DNA of 61,842 nt, counting the filler. It is 6 parts of 6 records of this genome, joined end to end, with 100 filler letters (N's around TTAATTAATTAA, not from the genome) between each part and the next. Parts side by side here need not be neighbours in the genome. Positions count along the whole stretch, not along the records: positions 27,422 to 41,786 come from SRR22947727_2912; 5 more parts are not named here. One strand, given 5' to 3'. This document shows, piece after piece, positions 29,589-40,150 of this stretch (position 1 is its first letter; each line of letters begins with the position of its first letter). A program made the translations under genes and the position numbers. The notes under the pieces were generated by a model. The model did not search any database, was not told the origin of the DNA, and was given only the letters and a program-made list of their open reading frames with translations.

Positions 29589-32175
29589 TAAGAGTATTTA
29601 AAGTTTCATTAATAGTGTCAATTTCTAATGTAACATTAGCGAGGTTTTTCTTTTCTTGTTGAATCAATTCAGGTTTTGCATTTTCTACAAACTTTTTATT
29701 ATCTAAACGCGATTTTGAGACATCTAGAGTTTTACTGAGTTCAGCTAATTTTTTGTTCAATTTTTTCTTTTCGACTTCAATATCAATATACTCTCCAGGA
29801 ACTAGTCCAAACTTAAAGTTCTGATGCTGAAAAACTACTAAATTCTTCTCTCTAGAAAAGATATCACTATCTTTATGAACGGTACACTTTGTTAGTACCT
29901 CTAGCTGCATTATGAACCAGTCTTCAAAATTCGTTGAACTATGTAGTTCAATGGATTGTGAATTTTTAAGTCCATACGTAACTTTAAAGTTTCGTATCTG
30001 ACTAATTATATTTTTCAGTGCTTCTACTTCTTGTGTATCATTTTGATTGATTTTATATTTATCAGGCCATACATTGTCAATTAGTAAAGTTTCATCAAAT
30101 GAACTCCATATTTCCTCTGTGATGTGCGGCATTGCTGGATTTAAAATCTTTAATGATTTTAAAAATACAGATCTCAGGACATAGCTAGTTTCTTCTTTAT
30201 TAATATTGTTTGTAATAAGATTTTTAGATAATTCAAAATACCAATCAAACAGATCTGACCATAGAAAATTATAAAATACTTTATAGGCATCAGATACTTT
30301 ATAGTCATTGAATAAGAGTTCGAATTCATTTAATACTTGGTTAAATCTTGTGAGTATCCATATATTTTCCTTACTTATAATCTCATCATTTTTTAGATCA
30401 TCAGAGTCGTCTGTGTAAAGATGTACAAATTTTGCAGCATTCCAGATCTTGTTACCAAATTTTTTGGCTGCTACGGTCCACTCTTCATCGAATGGGACAT
30501 CTTGACCTGGTGATGCCTTTTCTATTAAAGAAAACCTTAGTGCATCCGCCCCATGATTTACAGATAACTCTAGAGGGTCAATTGTATTACCTAAACTTTT
30601 AGACATTTTACGACCTTTTGAATCTCTTACTAAACCATGAATTAATATATCTTGAAAAGGTACCTCTTTCTGAACATGTAAACCCATCATTATCATCCTG
30701 GCTACCCAAAAAAATATAATATCAAATCCTGTAACTAGTAATGAAGTTGGGTAATATTGTTTTAATTTATCAGTATCCTCTGGCCAACCAAGGGTTGAAA
30801 ATGGCCACAATGCTGACGAGAACCATGTATCGAGGACATCTTCATCTTGAATAAGAGCTATCTCGTTCGATAGATTATTTTTACTTCTCACATCTTCTTC
30901 TGATAAACCCACATATATGTTGCCATTATCGTCATACCAAGCTGGAATTCTATGTCCCCACCATATTTGTCTTGATATACACCAGTCTTGAATGTTGTAC
31001 ATCCATTCAAAATAAGTCTTTTCCCAGTTTTTTGGGATAAACTTAATTTCATCGGTCTCGACAGCTTTAATTGCATCCTTAGCAATATCTTTAGTTTTAA
31101 CAAACCATTGTTCTGTAATCATGGGTTCAAGTATGCTTTTTGACCTATCTCCTATTGGTATTTGATTTGTATAATCATCGATCTTTTCAACTTGATCAAG
31201 CTTTTGTAATTCTTGAATAATTATTTTTCTTGCTTCGAACCTATCAAGCCCCCTTAGATTTTTGGGGATAAACTCGTCATTTGAAATTGAACCATCAAGA
31301 TTCATACAACTAATTAATTCTAGTGAATGCTTAATGCCAATCTCGTAATCATTAAAATCATGTGCTGGTGTAATTTTTACACAGCCTGATCCAAATTCGA
31401 TATCAACATATTCATCTGCAATTATTGGAACTTCTCTATTAACTAAAGGGATGATTGCTTTTTTGCCGATTAAGTTTTTATACCGTTCATCATTAGGATT
31501 AACAGCAATTGCTGAATCTCCTAATAATGTTTCTGGACGTGTTGTTGCGATTACTAAATGCTCATCTCCTACTTTGTATCTGAGATTCCATAGTTTTCCC
31601 TGCTTAGAAGTCATGTTTACTTCCAGATCAGAGACTGCAGACATGAGTGTTGTGTCCCAGTTAACCATCCGAGTTCCTTTGTATATCAGATCTTTTTCGT
31701 ACAAATCAACGAATACCTGCTGAACAGCATCGGAAAGACCTTCATCCATAGTAAATCTTTCCATACTCCAATCACAGCTCATACCAAGTGTTTTCATTTG
31801 ATTTGAAATATTCTCACCAGATGTCTCTTTCCACTTCCATACTTCATCAATAAATTTGTCTCTGCCAAGTAACTCTTTACTTGTGCCTTGAGAAGATAGT
31901 TCTTTTTCGACAAGTAATTGGGTAATAATTCCAGCATGATCTGTTCCGGGAACCCATAATGCTTCAAACCCATTTAGCCTTTTATATCTAACTAGAACGT
32001 CAATAATAGAGTGCTCCAAGGCATGCCCCATATGTAGAGATCCCGTTACGTTTGGTGGAGGGATAACTATAGAAAATTGCTTATCTGAAGGTTTAGGCTT
32101 AAATTTATTTTGGTCTTCCCAGACTTGTTGCCATTTTTTTTCTATTTTTAGTGGCTCGTATTGTTCATCTCGCAT
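29581..32175 (-). CDS. valS: Valine--tRNA ligase
   Basis: PPPNVTGSLHMGH, DWCISRQIWWGHRIP, DTWFSS, KMSKS, C-terminal coiled coil. Confidence 0.98.
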   Translation of the reverse strand: MRDEQYEPLKIEKKWQQVWEDQNKFKPKPSDKQFSIVIPPPNVTGSLHMGHALEHSIIDVLVRYKRLNGFEALWVPGTDHAGIITQLLVEKELSSQGTSKELLGRDKFIDEVWKWKETSGENISNQMKTLGMSCDWSMERFTMDEGLSDAVQQVFVDLYEKDLIYKGTRMVNWDTTLMSAVSDLEVNMTSKQGKLWNLRYKVGDEHLVIATTRPETLLGDSAIAVNPNDERYKNLIGKKAIIPLVNREVPIIADEYVDIEFGSGCVKITPAHDFNDYEIGIKHSLELISCMNLDGSISNDEFIPKNLRGLDRFEARKIIIQELQKLDQVEKIDDYTNQIPIGDRSKSILEPMITEQWFVKTKDIAKDAIKAVETDEIKFIPKNWEKTYFEWMYNIQDWCISRQIWWGHRIPAWYDDNGNIYVGLSEEDVRSKNNLSNEIALIQDEDVLDTWFSSALWPFSTLGWPEDTDKLKQYYPTSLLVTGFDIIFFWVARMIMMGLHVQKEVPFQDILIHGLVRDSKGRKMSKSLGNTIDPLELSVNHGADALRFSLIEKASPGQDVPFDEEWTVAAKKFGNKIWNAAKFVHLYTDDSDDLKNDEIISKENIWILTRFNQVLNEFELLFNDYKVSDAYKVFYNFLWSDLFDWYFELSKNLITNNINKEETSYVLRSVFLKSLKILNPAMPHITEEIWSSFDETLLIDNVWPDKYKINQNDTQEVEALKNIISQIRNFKVTYGLKNSQSIELHSSTNFEDWFIMQLEVLTKCTVHKDSDIFSREKNLVVFQHQNFKFGLVPGEYIDIEVEKKKLNKKLAELSKTLDVSKSRLDNKKFVENAKPELIQQEKKNLANVTLEIDTINETLNTLNG

Positions 32176-32179
32176 GTAA

Positions 32180-33448
32180 CTATGCAGGTTTTGAATTTTT
32201 AGAATCTTTGTTTGGATTTAAAACTAGCTTGGGCTGGATACCATCAAGAACATTTTCTTTATCTAAGATAATCTGATCTATATCTTTTCTTGATGGAGAT
32301 TCATACATTTCATTTAATAGTATTTTTTCGAGTATTGACCTTAAACCTCTTGCTCCTGTATTTCTTTCCAGTGCTAAGTCAGCAAGAGCATCAAGTGAGT
32401 CATCTGTAAATATTAAATCAATATCATCTAACGCAAACATTTTTTTAAATTGTTTAGTAATTGCATTCTTTGGCTCTGTCAAAATTTTAATAAGTGACTC
32501 TTTTTCCAATTCATTTACATTCGTGACAATAGGAAGTCTTCCAATAAACTCTGGAATTAAACCAAACTTTATTAAATCTTTAGTCTCAACATTTTGAAAT
32601 ATTTCATTTTGATTTATTTTGCTAGTTCCATCTAAGGAAGCTGAGAAGCCAATTGAATTCTCGCCTAATCTCTTAGTAATAATTTCTTCAAGCCCATCAA
32701 ATGCACCACCAACAATAAATAAGATGTTGGTCGTATCTATTTGGAGATACTCTTGTTGAGGATGTTTTCTACCACCTTGGGGTGGAACCTGGGCTACAGT
32801 ACCTTCTAATATTTTTAACAGTGCTTGCTGGACTCCTTCACCGGATACATCTCGTGTTATTGAAGGATTATCAGATTTTCTGGTAATCTTGTCTATTTCA
32901 TCAATGTAAATTATGCCTTTTTCTGCTTTTTGGATATCGAAATCTGCAGCATTTATTAGTGAAAGTAATATGTTTTCAACATCTTCACCAACATAACCCG
33001 CTTCAGTAAGCGTAGTAGCATCTGCTATAGCGAATGGTACATTTAATATCTTTGCAAGCGTTTGCGCCAATAGGGTTTTACCGCTTCCTGTTGGTCCTAA
33101 AATTAAAACGTTAGATTTTTGTATTTCGAGATCATCTTTAATTGTGTCGTCTTTATAAATTCTTTTGTAGTGATTATAAACAGCAACCGCAAGCGTTTTC
33201 TTTGCATCGTTTTGACCTATAACAAATTCATTTAAAGAATGATTAATTTCTTTAGGTAATGGAAGATTTACTTTGTCGGTGTTTTCAATTGAGTCAATTT
33301 TCTCTTCTTCAATGATTTCAGTACAAAGCTCAATACATTCATCACAAATGTAAACACCTGGACCAGCAATTAATTTAATTACTTGTTTCTGAGATTTTCC
33401 ACAGAAACTACATTTTAGAGGTTCGGATGACGATTCTTTATTAGCCAT
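32180..33448 (-). CDS. clpX: ATP-dependent Clp protease ATP-binding subunit
   Basis: CSFCGK zinc finger, [33 protein letters not shown]. Confidence 0.98.
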   Translation of the reverse strand: MANKESSSEPLKCSFCGKSQKQVIKLIAGPGVYICDECIELCTEIIEEEKIDSIENTDKVNLPLPKEINHSLNEFVIGQNDAKKTLAVAVYNHYKRIYKDDTIKDDLEIQKSNVLILGPTGSGKTLLAQTLAKILNVPFAIADATTLTEAGYVGEDVENILLSLINAADFDIQKAEKGIIYIDEIDKITRKSDNPSITRDVSGEGVQQALLKILEGTVAQVPPQGGRKHPQQEYLQIDTTNILFIVGGAFDGLEEIITKRLGENSIGFSASLDGTSKINQNEIFQNVETKDLIKFGLIPEFIGRLPIVTNVNELEKESLIKILTEPKNAITKQFKKMFALDDIDLIFTDDSLDALADLALERNTGARGLRSILEKILLNEMYESPSRKDIDQIILDKENVLDGIQPKLVLNPNKDSKNSKPA

Positions 33449-33466
33449 ATTTACTACCCTGTTATT

Positions 33467-34084
33467 TTATTTTTTGTCGACTAACTCCCTTTGAGTTAGT
33501 ACTTCATCTACTATACCGTATTCTAAAGCTTCTTGTGCAGTCATCCAAAAATCCCTATCAGTATCAGCAGTAACTTTCTCTACATCCTGATTGGTAAAAT
33601 CTGCCAATAATTGGTTTAGTTGAGTTCTCATTGAGACAATTAAGTCAAAATTCCTCTCCATATCAGCTACAGTTCCTTCCATGCCTCCAGATGGTTGATG
33701 GAGCATAATCCTTGCATTCGGAAGACTATATCTTTTACCTTTAGTTCCACCAGCTAAAATTACTGATGCAGCCGAGGCTGCAAGCCCCATACAGACTGTT
33801 GAAATATCTGGTCTGATATAGTTCATTGTGTCAAAAATTGTAAACAATGAAGTAATAGAGCCACCTGGTGAGTTGATATACATAAAGATATCTTTTTCAG
33901 GATCTTCTGATTCTAGATGTAATAACTGAGCCATGATTGAATTAGCTACACCGTCATCGATCGGCGTACCAAGAAAAATAATTCTATCTTTCAATAGCCT
34001 TGAATATATATCAAAAGCTCTTTCTCCCCTACTGGTATTTTCAATAACTGTAGGTATTACATAATTTGAAGGTATTTTTTCCAT
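33467..34084 (-). CDS. clpP: Clp protease proteolytic subunit
   Basis: [39 protein letters not shown]. Confidence 0.97.
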   Translation of the reverse strand: MEKIPSNYVIPTVIENTSRGERAFDIYSRLLKDRIIFLGTPIDDGVANSIMAQLLHLESEDPEKDIFMYINSPGGSITSLFTIFDTMNYIRPDISTVCMGLAASAASVILAGGTKGKRYSLPNARIMLHQPSGGMEGTVADMERNFDLIVSMRTQLNQLLADFTNQDVEKVTADTDRDFWMTAQEALEYGIVDEVLTQRELVDKK

Positions 34085-34085
34085 T

Positions 34086-35405
34086 TTATTCTTCCTCTCC
34101 TAAATCTGTATCTCTATTGTATACATCCTGTAGGTATACTTTTTCACCGTCCTTATCAACTGAGATACCTTGTTGTAATATGTGAAGCATCGCTTTGTTA
34201 CGAAGAGATTCAGCTTCTAAATTCATCCTGTGGCTACTTTGATCAGAATCTTCCGCATCATCTTTGTGGGTAACCATGTGTTCGTCAACCAATGCGATAT
34301 CTTTCTCATCAAGCTTCATGTCTAAATCTGCGATAACTTTATCAAGTATTAGTACCATTGTTAAATTTCTTGAAGCTTGTTTATTAAGGTCATCTCTGAG
34401 TGTTTCTTCAGTTAATCCAGTTATTTTAAAATAATCTTCTAATTGAATATTGCTTTGCTTTAATTCATTTAGAAAATTTTGTAGAATACTATCCATTTCT
34501 GCAATTACTAATTGTTCAGGAAGTTTCATGTCTACCTCTTCAATTAGCTTATTTGTAAGTTGACCTTGATACTGAGATGCTATCTGTTGTTTTTTAACAT
34601 TCTCAATATTTACTAACAGTTCTTTTTTTAGAGAATCAACATTCTCGAACTCAGTAGTATCAGAAACCCATTCATCAGTTAATTCAGGTAGTATCTTTTC
34701 TCTAACTTCCTTTAATAAAACAGTCACCTCAACATTCTCTTCATTGAGTTGTGGGATAGAATCATTAAATTTTATAATAGCCCCAGGTGTAACTCCTTCG
34801 AGTTTGGAGTCTAAAGATGGAGTAAGAGCACCAGTTCCGACTTCATAAAGGTAGTCATTATATATAAAATCTTTTACTTCAACACCATTTTTTGTTGCTG
34901 ATAAATTCATCATCGCAAAGTCTCCAGAATTGAGTGGCCTCTCAACTTTAGAGACCTCTGCAAATTGTGATTTTATTCTCTCTATCTGATCTGCGATTTC
35001 GTCATCTGTAGGTGCAATTGAATCAACCTCAACTGTTTGACTGAGTTTTGGTAGTTTTGAAAGCGTAGGCCAGAGAGTAATCAAAACATTTACATCAAAA
35101 TGACTTTTTTCTTTTTTAATTTCTTTAATAGCGGGTCTAGTTGCTGGTGATATTTCTTCATCATTGAGAATAGAAAATAATGTTTGTGGTAAAAATAGTT
35201 CTATGGCTTCTTCGTTTATATAATCTTCTCCAACTTCCCTTTTTACAATATTGGCAGGAATTTTTCCAGTCCTGAATCCGTCCACTTTTATTTGTTTACC
35301 AATTTTTTTTATGGCTTCATCTCTATGATCATCTAAGTCTTCAAGTTCGACCTTGATTTCAAGATTCTTTTCAAATTCTGATTCTTTTTTAATCTTATAT
35401 TTCAA
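34086..35405 (-). CDS. tig: Trigger factor
   Basis: GFRTGKIP ribosome-binding signature; tig-clpP-clpX order; TTG start with AGGAG RBS. Confidence 0.93.
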   Translation of the reverse strand: MKYKIKKESEFEKNLEIKVELEDLDDHRDEAIKKIGKQIKVDGFRTGKIPANIVKREVGEDYINEEAIELFLPQTLFSILNDEEISPATRPAIKEIKKEKSHFDVNVLITLWPTLSKLPKLSQTVEVDSIAPTDDEIADQIERIKSQFAEVSKVERPLNSGDFAMMNLSATKNGVEVKDFIYNDYLYEVGTGALTPSLDSKLEGVTPGAIIKFNDSIPQLNEENVEVTVLLKEVREKILPELTDEWVSDTTEFENVDSLKKELLVNIENVKKQQIASQYQGQLTNKLIEEVDMKLPEQLVIAEMDSILQNFLNELKQSNIQLEDYFKITGLTEETLRDDLNKQASRNLTMVLILDKVIADLDMKLDEKDIALVDEHMVTHKDDAEDSDQSSHRMNLEAESLRNKAMLHILQQGISVDKDGEKVYLQDVYNRDTDLGEEE

Positions 35406-35427
35406 TTTTCTCCTTAATTAATAAAAT

Positions 35428-35505
35428 TGGGGTGATCGACGGGATTCGAACCCGCGACATCCTGGACCACAACCAGGTGCTCTAACCAACTGAGCTACGA
35501 CCACC
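35428..35505 (-). tRNA. tRNA-His(GTG), G-1 and CCA encoded
   Basis: GGTGGTCGTAGCTCAG...CCTGG-TTGTGGT-CCAGG...GTTCGAATC...CACCCCA. Confidence 0.96.
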
Positions 35506-35510
35506 ACGCG

Positions 35511-35584
35511 CGCTCTCGATAGGACTCGAACCTATAACCTACAGATTAGAAGTCTGTTGCTCTATCCATTTGAGCTACGAGAGC
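35511..35584 (-). tRNA. tRNA-Arg(TCT)
   Basis: GCTCTCG acceptor, ACAGA-CTTCTAA-TCTGT anticodon arm, GTTCGAGTC T-loop. Confidence 0.96.
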
Positions 35585-35588
35585 CTCG

Positions 35589-35659
35589 AGCGGGTGAAGG
35601 GGATCGAACCCTCATAGCCAGCTTGGAAGGCTGGAGCTTTGCCATTAAGCTACACCCGC
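35589..35659 (-). tRNA. tRNA-Gly(TCC)
   Basis: GCGGGTG acceptor, CCAGC-CTTCCAA-GCTGG, GTTCGATC T-loop. Confidence 0.96.
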
Positions 35660-35673
35660 AATAATGCGATTCG

Positions 35674-35748
35674 TCGGGCTGGTGAGATTCGAACTCACGA
35701 CCTCCTGCTCCCAAAGCAGGCGCTCTAGCCAAGCTGAGCCACAGCCCG
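35674..35748 (-). tRNA. tRNA-Pro(TGG)
   Basis: CGGGCTG acceptor, CCTGC-TTTGGGA-GCAGG, GTTCGAATC. Confidence 0.96.
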
Positions 35749-35843
35749 TACGTCTAATTATTGTTCCATGATACTGGTTTTATGGAAACAATTAATTAAA
35801 AAATAATAGTTAAGTAATCTTACTTCGGTTAATCTGTATAAAA

Positions 35844-35916
35844 GGGTCGCTAGCTCAACTGGCAGAGCATCGGACTCTTAATCCGCAGGTTCGGGGTTCA
35901 AGTCCCCGGCGACCCA
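35844..35916 (+). tRNA. tRNA-Lys(CTT)
   Basis: GGGTCGC acceptor, CGGA-CTCTTAA-TCCG, GTTCAAGTC. Confidence 0.95.
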
Positions 35917-35928
35917 CGCGACATTTTA

Positions 35929-36011
35929 GCGGATGTGGCGGAACTGGTAGACGCGCTGGATTTAGGATCCAGTGAGCTTTGCTCGTGGAGGTTCGAGTCC
36001 TCTCATCCGCA
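35929..36011 (+). tRNA. tRNA-Leu(TAG)
   Basis: GCGGATG acceptor, CTGGA-TTTAGGA-TCCAG, long variable arm GAGC-TTT-GCTC, GTTCGAGTC. Confidence 0.96.
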
Positions 36012-36028
36012 CAAATTTTTTAGTTGAA

Positions 36029-36514
36029 TTAAACTTCAACCACAAGTTCAGTGGAACTAGCTGTGGCATACACTTTTCCATCTTTATCAGCCAGTGACCC
36101 TTTAACAAAAATTACTTTTCTACCTACTTTTTCGATAATCGCAGCAGCAGTTACCTCGCCAGTTTTTATAGTCATTGGTCTTAAATAATTTACTCTGATA
36201 TCCGTTGTCATTGTAAGAAATCCTTTATCAACCTGACAGTTCGCTGAAATACTATTGCAAGAATCTAACAAGGTAGCAGCTAGTCCTCCGTGTACTGTGC
36301 CTAGAGGATTGTAATGAAATTCTTGAGGTGTAATAGTAAAGGTTACATGCCCTTTGTCGTCAATATCTATCTCAGAAAATCCCATTAATGCACCTATCGG
36401 AACATTTTCCATAGGTAAATCTCTAAAAAATTCGATTCTTTGGTAACGATCGAGACTTATTAATTTTTGAACAGCATCTTGGGGTAAATTCCAGCTAAAT
36501 GTTCTTTCACTCAT
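36029..36514 (-). CDS. PaaI-family (hotdog fold) thioesterase
   Basis: HYNPLGTVHGGLAATLLDS, VNYLRP, GRKVIF. Confidence 0.9.
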   Translation of the reverse strand: MSERTFSWNLPQDAVQKLISLDRYQRIEFFRDLPMENVPIGALMGFSEIDIDDKGHVTFTITPQEFHYNPLGTVHGGLAATLLDSCNSISANCQVDKGFLTMTTDIRVNYLRPMTIKTGEVTAAAIIEKVGRKVIFVKGSLADKDGKVYATASSTELVVEV

Positions 36515-38453
36515 CGTCGGAATCTATCGCCCTCGATTGTAGCTCAGAGACTATGTCAGCATTAGCCAATGTAGTAACATCGCCAAGTTTTCTCTCCTCT
36601 GAAATGTCTTTGAGAAGCCTACGCATAATTTTACCACTTCGAGTTTTTGGTAAGTCTGCGGTTATCACGATACTTTTTGGTTTAGCTATCGGTCCAATTT
36701 TATCACTTACATGTTGCCTTAATTCTGAGATTAAATTCTCATCACCTTGATCAGTTCCTATTAAAGAAACAAATGCTGCAATCGCTTCGCCTGATATCTC
36801 ATCAGATCTTCCAATTACAGCAGCCTCAGCTACTGCTTCATGTGAGACTAAAGCACTCTCAACCTCAGCTGTTGAAATTCTATGTCCTGAAATATTCATA
36901 ACGTCGTCTACTCTTCCTAAAAGCCATACATAGCCTTCATCATCATATTTCGCTCCATCGCCAGCAAAATATAGACCTTCATGTTGTGACCAATAAGTAT
37001 CAATATATCTCTGATCATCCCCATACACTGTTCTTAACATTGATGGCCATGGTGTTTTAATAGCCAAATAACCACCTTCTCCTTTACCAACTTCGTTTCC
37101 TTTTTCGTCTATGATGGCAGACTCTATTCCTGGAAGAGGTCCACATGCAGACCCAGGCTTAGTATCGGTTATTCCTGGTAATGGTGAAATCATAATGGAA
37201 CCCGTTTCCGTTTGCCACCAGGTATCAACAATTGCGCATTGCTCGTTACCTATATTTTGGTGATACCACATCCATGCCTCAGGATTAATTGGCTCACCAA
37301 CTGTACCTAAAAGTCTCAGTGATGATAGGTCATGAGCTTGCGGATGTTCTACTCCCCATTTCATAAATGCCCTAATAGCGGTTGGTGCTGTATAGAAAAT
37401 ATTTACCTTATACTTTTCAATTATATTCCATAGTCTTTTCTCATCTGGAGCATTAGGAGCTCCCTCGTACATCACACTTGTAGTTTTGTTTGCAAGAGGT
37501 CCATAAACAATATAACTATGGCCAGTAACCCAACCACAATCAGCAGCACACCAATAAATATCGTCATCTTTGATGTCAAAAACTTCATGGTGAGTCGTTG
37601 TAACTCCAGTTAGATATCCTGCCTGGGTGTGAACTATTCCTTTCGGTTTCGCTGTAGTACCGGATGTGTAAAGAATGTAAAGCATATCTTCAGCATTCAT
37701 TACTTCAGGTTCACATTCTGAAGATTCATTTTTTGTAATGTCTTCGTACCAGTGATCTCTACCTTCAACCATTGAGATTTCTTGATTGGTTCTTTTAACT
37801 ACAATTACATTTTCTATGTATTCAGTCAATGAAAGAGATCCGTCAACATTTTCTTTTAGAGGTACGATATCTCCCCTTCTCCAGGCACCATCAGCAGTAA
37901 TGACTAATTTAGCTTGTGCGTCGTTAATTCTATCAGCTAAAGCTTCTGACGAAAAGCCTCCGAAAACAACTGAATGAACCGCTCCAATTCTTGCACAAGC
38001 TAGCATTGATACAACTATTTCAGGAGTCATGCCGAGGTAGATTGCTACCCTATCACCCTTTCCAACATTTAATTTTTTTAGTGCGTTTGAAAGCCTACAA
38101 ACTCTTTCATACAGATCTTGATAAGTAATTTCCTGAGTATCTCCAGGCTCCCCTTCCCAGTAAAATGCTACTCTGTCAGCATCAGTTTCAAGATGTCTGT
38201 CCAAACAGTTATATGAAAGGTTCAGCTCTCCATCTTTGAACCATTTGTAAAAAGGTGCATTTGAATCATCTAAAACTTCTGTCGGTTCTTTGTACCACGT
38301 AATACGTTCAAGGGCTTGTTTTTTCCAAAACTCTATACGGTCTTCATTTGCTTCTGTAAACCAATCACTTGATGCATTTGCATTGTTAACAAGATTTTCA
38401 GATGGGCTAAATTTTCTATTTTCTTCTAATAGGTTTTCTATTTTTTCATTCAT
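36507..38453 (-). CDS. acs: Acetyl-CoA synthetase
   Basis: YTSGTTAKPKG, VGEPINPEAW, DTWWQTETG, GRVDDV, LPKTRSGKIMRR. Confidence 0.97.
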   Translation of the reverse strand: MNEKIENLLEENRKFSPSENLVNNANASSDWFTEANEDRIEFWKKQALERITWYKEPTEVLDDSNAPFYKWFKDGELNLSYNCLDRHLETDADRVAFYWEGEPGDTQEITYQDLYERVCRLSNALKKLNVGKGDRVAIYLGMTPEIVVSMLACARIGAVHSVVFGGFSSEALADRINDAQAKLVITADGAWRRGDIVPLKENVDGSLSLTEYIENVIVVKRTNQEISMVEGRDHWYEDITKNESSECEPEVMNAEDMLYILYTSGTTAKPKGIVHTQAGYLTGVTTTHHEVFDIKDDDIYWCAADCGWVTGHSYIVYGPLANKTTSVMYEGAPNAPDEKRLWNIIEKYKVNIFYTAPTAIRAFMKWGVEHPQAHDLSSLRLLGTVGEPINPEAWMWYHQNIGNEQCAIVDTWWQTETGSIMISPLPGITDTKPGSACGPLPGIESAIIDEKGNEVGKGEGGYLAIKTPWPSMLRTVYGDDQRYIDTYWSQHEGLYFAGDGAKYDDEGYVWLLGRVDDVMNISGHRISTAEVESALVSHEAVAEAAVIGRSDEISGEAIAAFVSLIGTDQGDENLISELRQHVSDKIGPIAKPKSIVITADLPKTRSGKIMRRLLKDISEERKLGDVTTLANADIVSELQSRAIDSDDE

Positions 38454-38504
38454 AGGAATACTCCTTTTTTATAAGTATAAATAAAAAAATTAGAAAATAT
38501 CTAA

Positions 38505-40061
38505 TTAGCTTGTCATAAAATAATAATTAAATCCATCACAAAGTGCATTCCATGAGGCATTGATAATATTTTCATGGACACCTATAGTACTCCAGTTTTT
38601 AGTTGTATCTGTAAATTCAATTAAGACCCTTGTTTTTGCTTCGGTACCATCAGAAGAATCAATAATTCTTACTTTGTAATCAACTAATTTGATGGTTGTA
38701 ACATTTGGGTAATCAGCCTCTAATGCTGCTACAAGGGCCTTACTTAAAGCGTCTACAGGGCCGACCCCCTCACCAGTTGTGACGTATCTATTCTCATTGA
38801 CAATTAATTTTGTTACAGCTTCTGAGATAACATTTTCCGAATTGCGCCTTTCTGAAAATACACGAAAACTCTCAAAACTAAAAAACTCTGGAACTACATT
38901 TTTTACTTTATTCATAAGTAAAAATAAAGATGCATCTGCAGCCTCAAATTGATATCCAGCATGTTCTAAATTCTGTACATGATTAATTAATTCTTTCGCA
39001 TCATCATTTGAAAACTCTAAACCAAACTCATTTGCTTTAGTAATTACACTTGCCCTACCAGCTAGTTCTGAGACCGTAGTTCGTGTATAGTTCCCTACAG
39101 CAGAAGAGTCAATGTGTTCGTATAGTGAGCTGTCTTTAGCCATACCGGAAGCATGTAATCCAGCTTTGTGAGTAAAAGCAGCTGAACCAACATATGGCTG
39201 TCTAGAATCGATAGTGACATTGACTAGTTCAGCAATGTGATTTGCTATAGGTGTTAGCTTTTTTAAAGATTCTAAATTTATTGTTTCATGACCCATTTTT
39301 AAAGATAAGTTTGGTACAAGAGTACAAAGATCCGCATTTCCAGTTCTCTCTCCATAACCGTTCATGGTCCCTTGAACATGGTTCACTCCCAAATTGACTG
39401 CTGCCATGGAATTTGTAACTGCACATCCATTATCATTTTGAAAATGTACACCAAACTTTTGGCCTTCATACCTTGGCAATATTTCGTTTAATATTGCAGT
39501 GACTTCTGACGGTAACGTTCCTCCATTTGTATCACAAAATATGAAGCAATCTACACCAGCAGCCATAACTGCATCCATTATTTCAAGACTTGTTTTGGAG
39601 TCCTCTTTATATCCATCAAAAAAATGCTCAGCATCAAAAAAGACTTTTTTGCCTTTGGAACTAAGATGTTCAATTGTGTCAACAGCCATTTCTATAGCAC
39701 TTTTAACATCAGTTTGAATTGCTTTTGTAATATGTAAATTTGATGATTTTCCTACAATACAGACATACTCTGTTCCAGAGTCAATGAGCGCCTGGACTTG
39801 TGGATCCTCATCAACTTTTGAATTTAGTTTTCTTGTAGATCCAAAACTTACTAGTTTTGCATTTTTAAGTTTAAGTTCAGTTTTAGCCCTATCAAAAAAT
39901 TCTTCTTCTTTGGGTGAAGCACCCGGCCAACCACCCTCTATAAAGGCTACACCTAGTTCATCAAGTAATTCTGCAATAGCAAGCTTGTCCTTCACAGAAG
40001 GTGATATCCCTTCCTGCTGAAAGCCATCTCTCAAAGTTGTATCAAATATATCTATTTTCAT
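38505..40061 (-). CDS. cimA: Citramalate synthase (DRE-TIM, CimA family)
   Basis: DTTLRDGFQQEG, IEGGWPG, FDAEHFFDG, GYGERTGNA, HKAGLH, SELAGR, DYKVRI, WSTIGVHENII.ASW; start at ATG 40061 (the longer ORF-track start lies inside the attenuator). Confidence 0.92.
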   Translation of the reverse strand: MKIDIFDTTLRDGFQQEGISPSVKDKLAIAELLDELGVAFIEGGWPGASPKEEEFFDRAKTELKLKNAKLVSFGSTRKLNSKVDEDPQVQALIDSGTEYVCIVGKSSNLHITKAIQTDVKSAIEMAVDTIEHLSSKGKKVFFDAEHFFDGYKEDSKTSLEIMDAVMAAGVDCFIFCDTNGGTLPSEVTAILNEILPRYEGQKFGVHFQNDNGCAVTNSMAAVNLGVNHVQGTMNGYGERTGNADLCTLVPNLSLKMGHETINLESLKKLTPIANHIAELVNVTIDSRQPYVGSAAFTHKAGLHASGMAKDSSLYEHIDSSAVGNYTRTTVSELAGRASVITKANEFGLEFSNDDAKELINHVQNLEHAGYQFEAADASLFLLMNKVKNVVPEFFSFESFRVFSERRNSENVISEAVTKLIVNENRYVTTGEGVGPVDALSKALVAALEADYPNVTTIKLVDYKVRIIDSSDGTEAKTRVLIEFTDTTKNWSTIGVHENIINASWNALCDGFNYYFMTS

Positions 40062-40065
40062 ATCT

Positions 40066-40112
40066 AAAAAAAAACCCCTGCCATGCAAGGGTAACAACGA
40101 TACGTTCGTTGT
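40066..40112 (-). terminator. Attenuator: upstream hairpin + intrinsic terminator before cimA
   Basis: Minus strand ACAACGA-acgta-TCGTTGT, then ACCCTTGC-atg-GCAGGGGT running into a 9-nt T-run that ends 4 nt before the cimA ATG. Confidence 0.8.
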
Positions 40113-40114
40113 CC

Positions 40115-40141
40115 TTAATTAATAATTATGATATTCATCAT
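40115..40141 (-). CDS. Isoleucine-rich leader peptide MMNIIIIN (cimA attenuator)
   Basis: ATG ATG AAT ATC ATA ATT ATT AAT TAA: four consecutive Ile codons just upstream of a terminator and an Ile-biosynthesis gene. Confidence 0.8.
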   Translation of the reverse strand: MMNIIIIN

Positions 40142-40150
40142 GTATCAATA

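Noticed and set aside
40062-40097. N-terminal extension MLPLHGRGFFLD of the cimA ORF
   Set aside because: It is the terminator hairpin and T-tract read in frame; family resemblance begins at MKIDIFDTTLRDG (ATG 40061)
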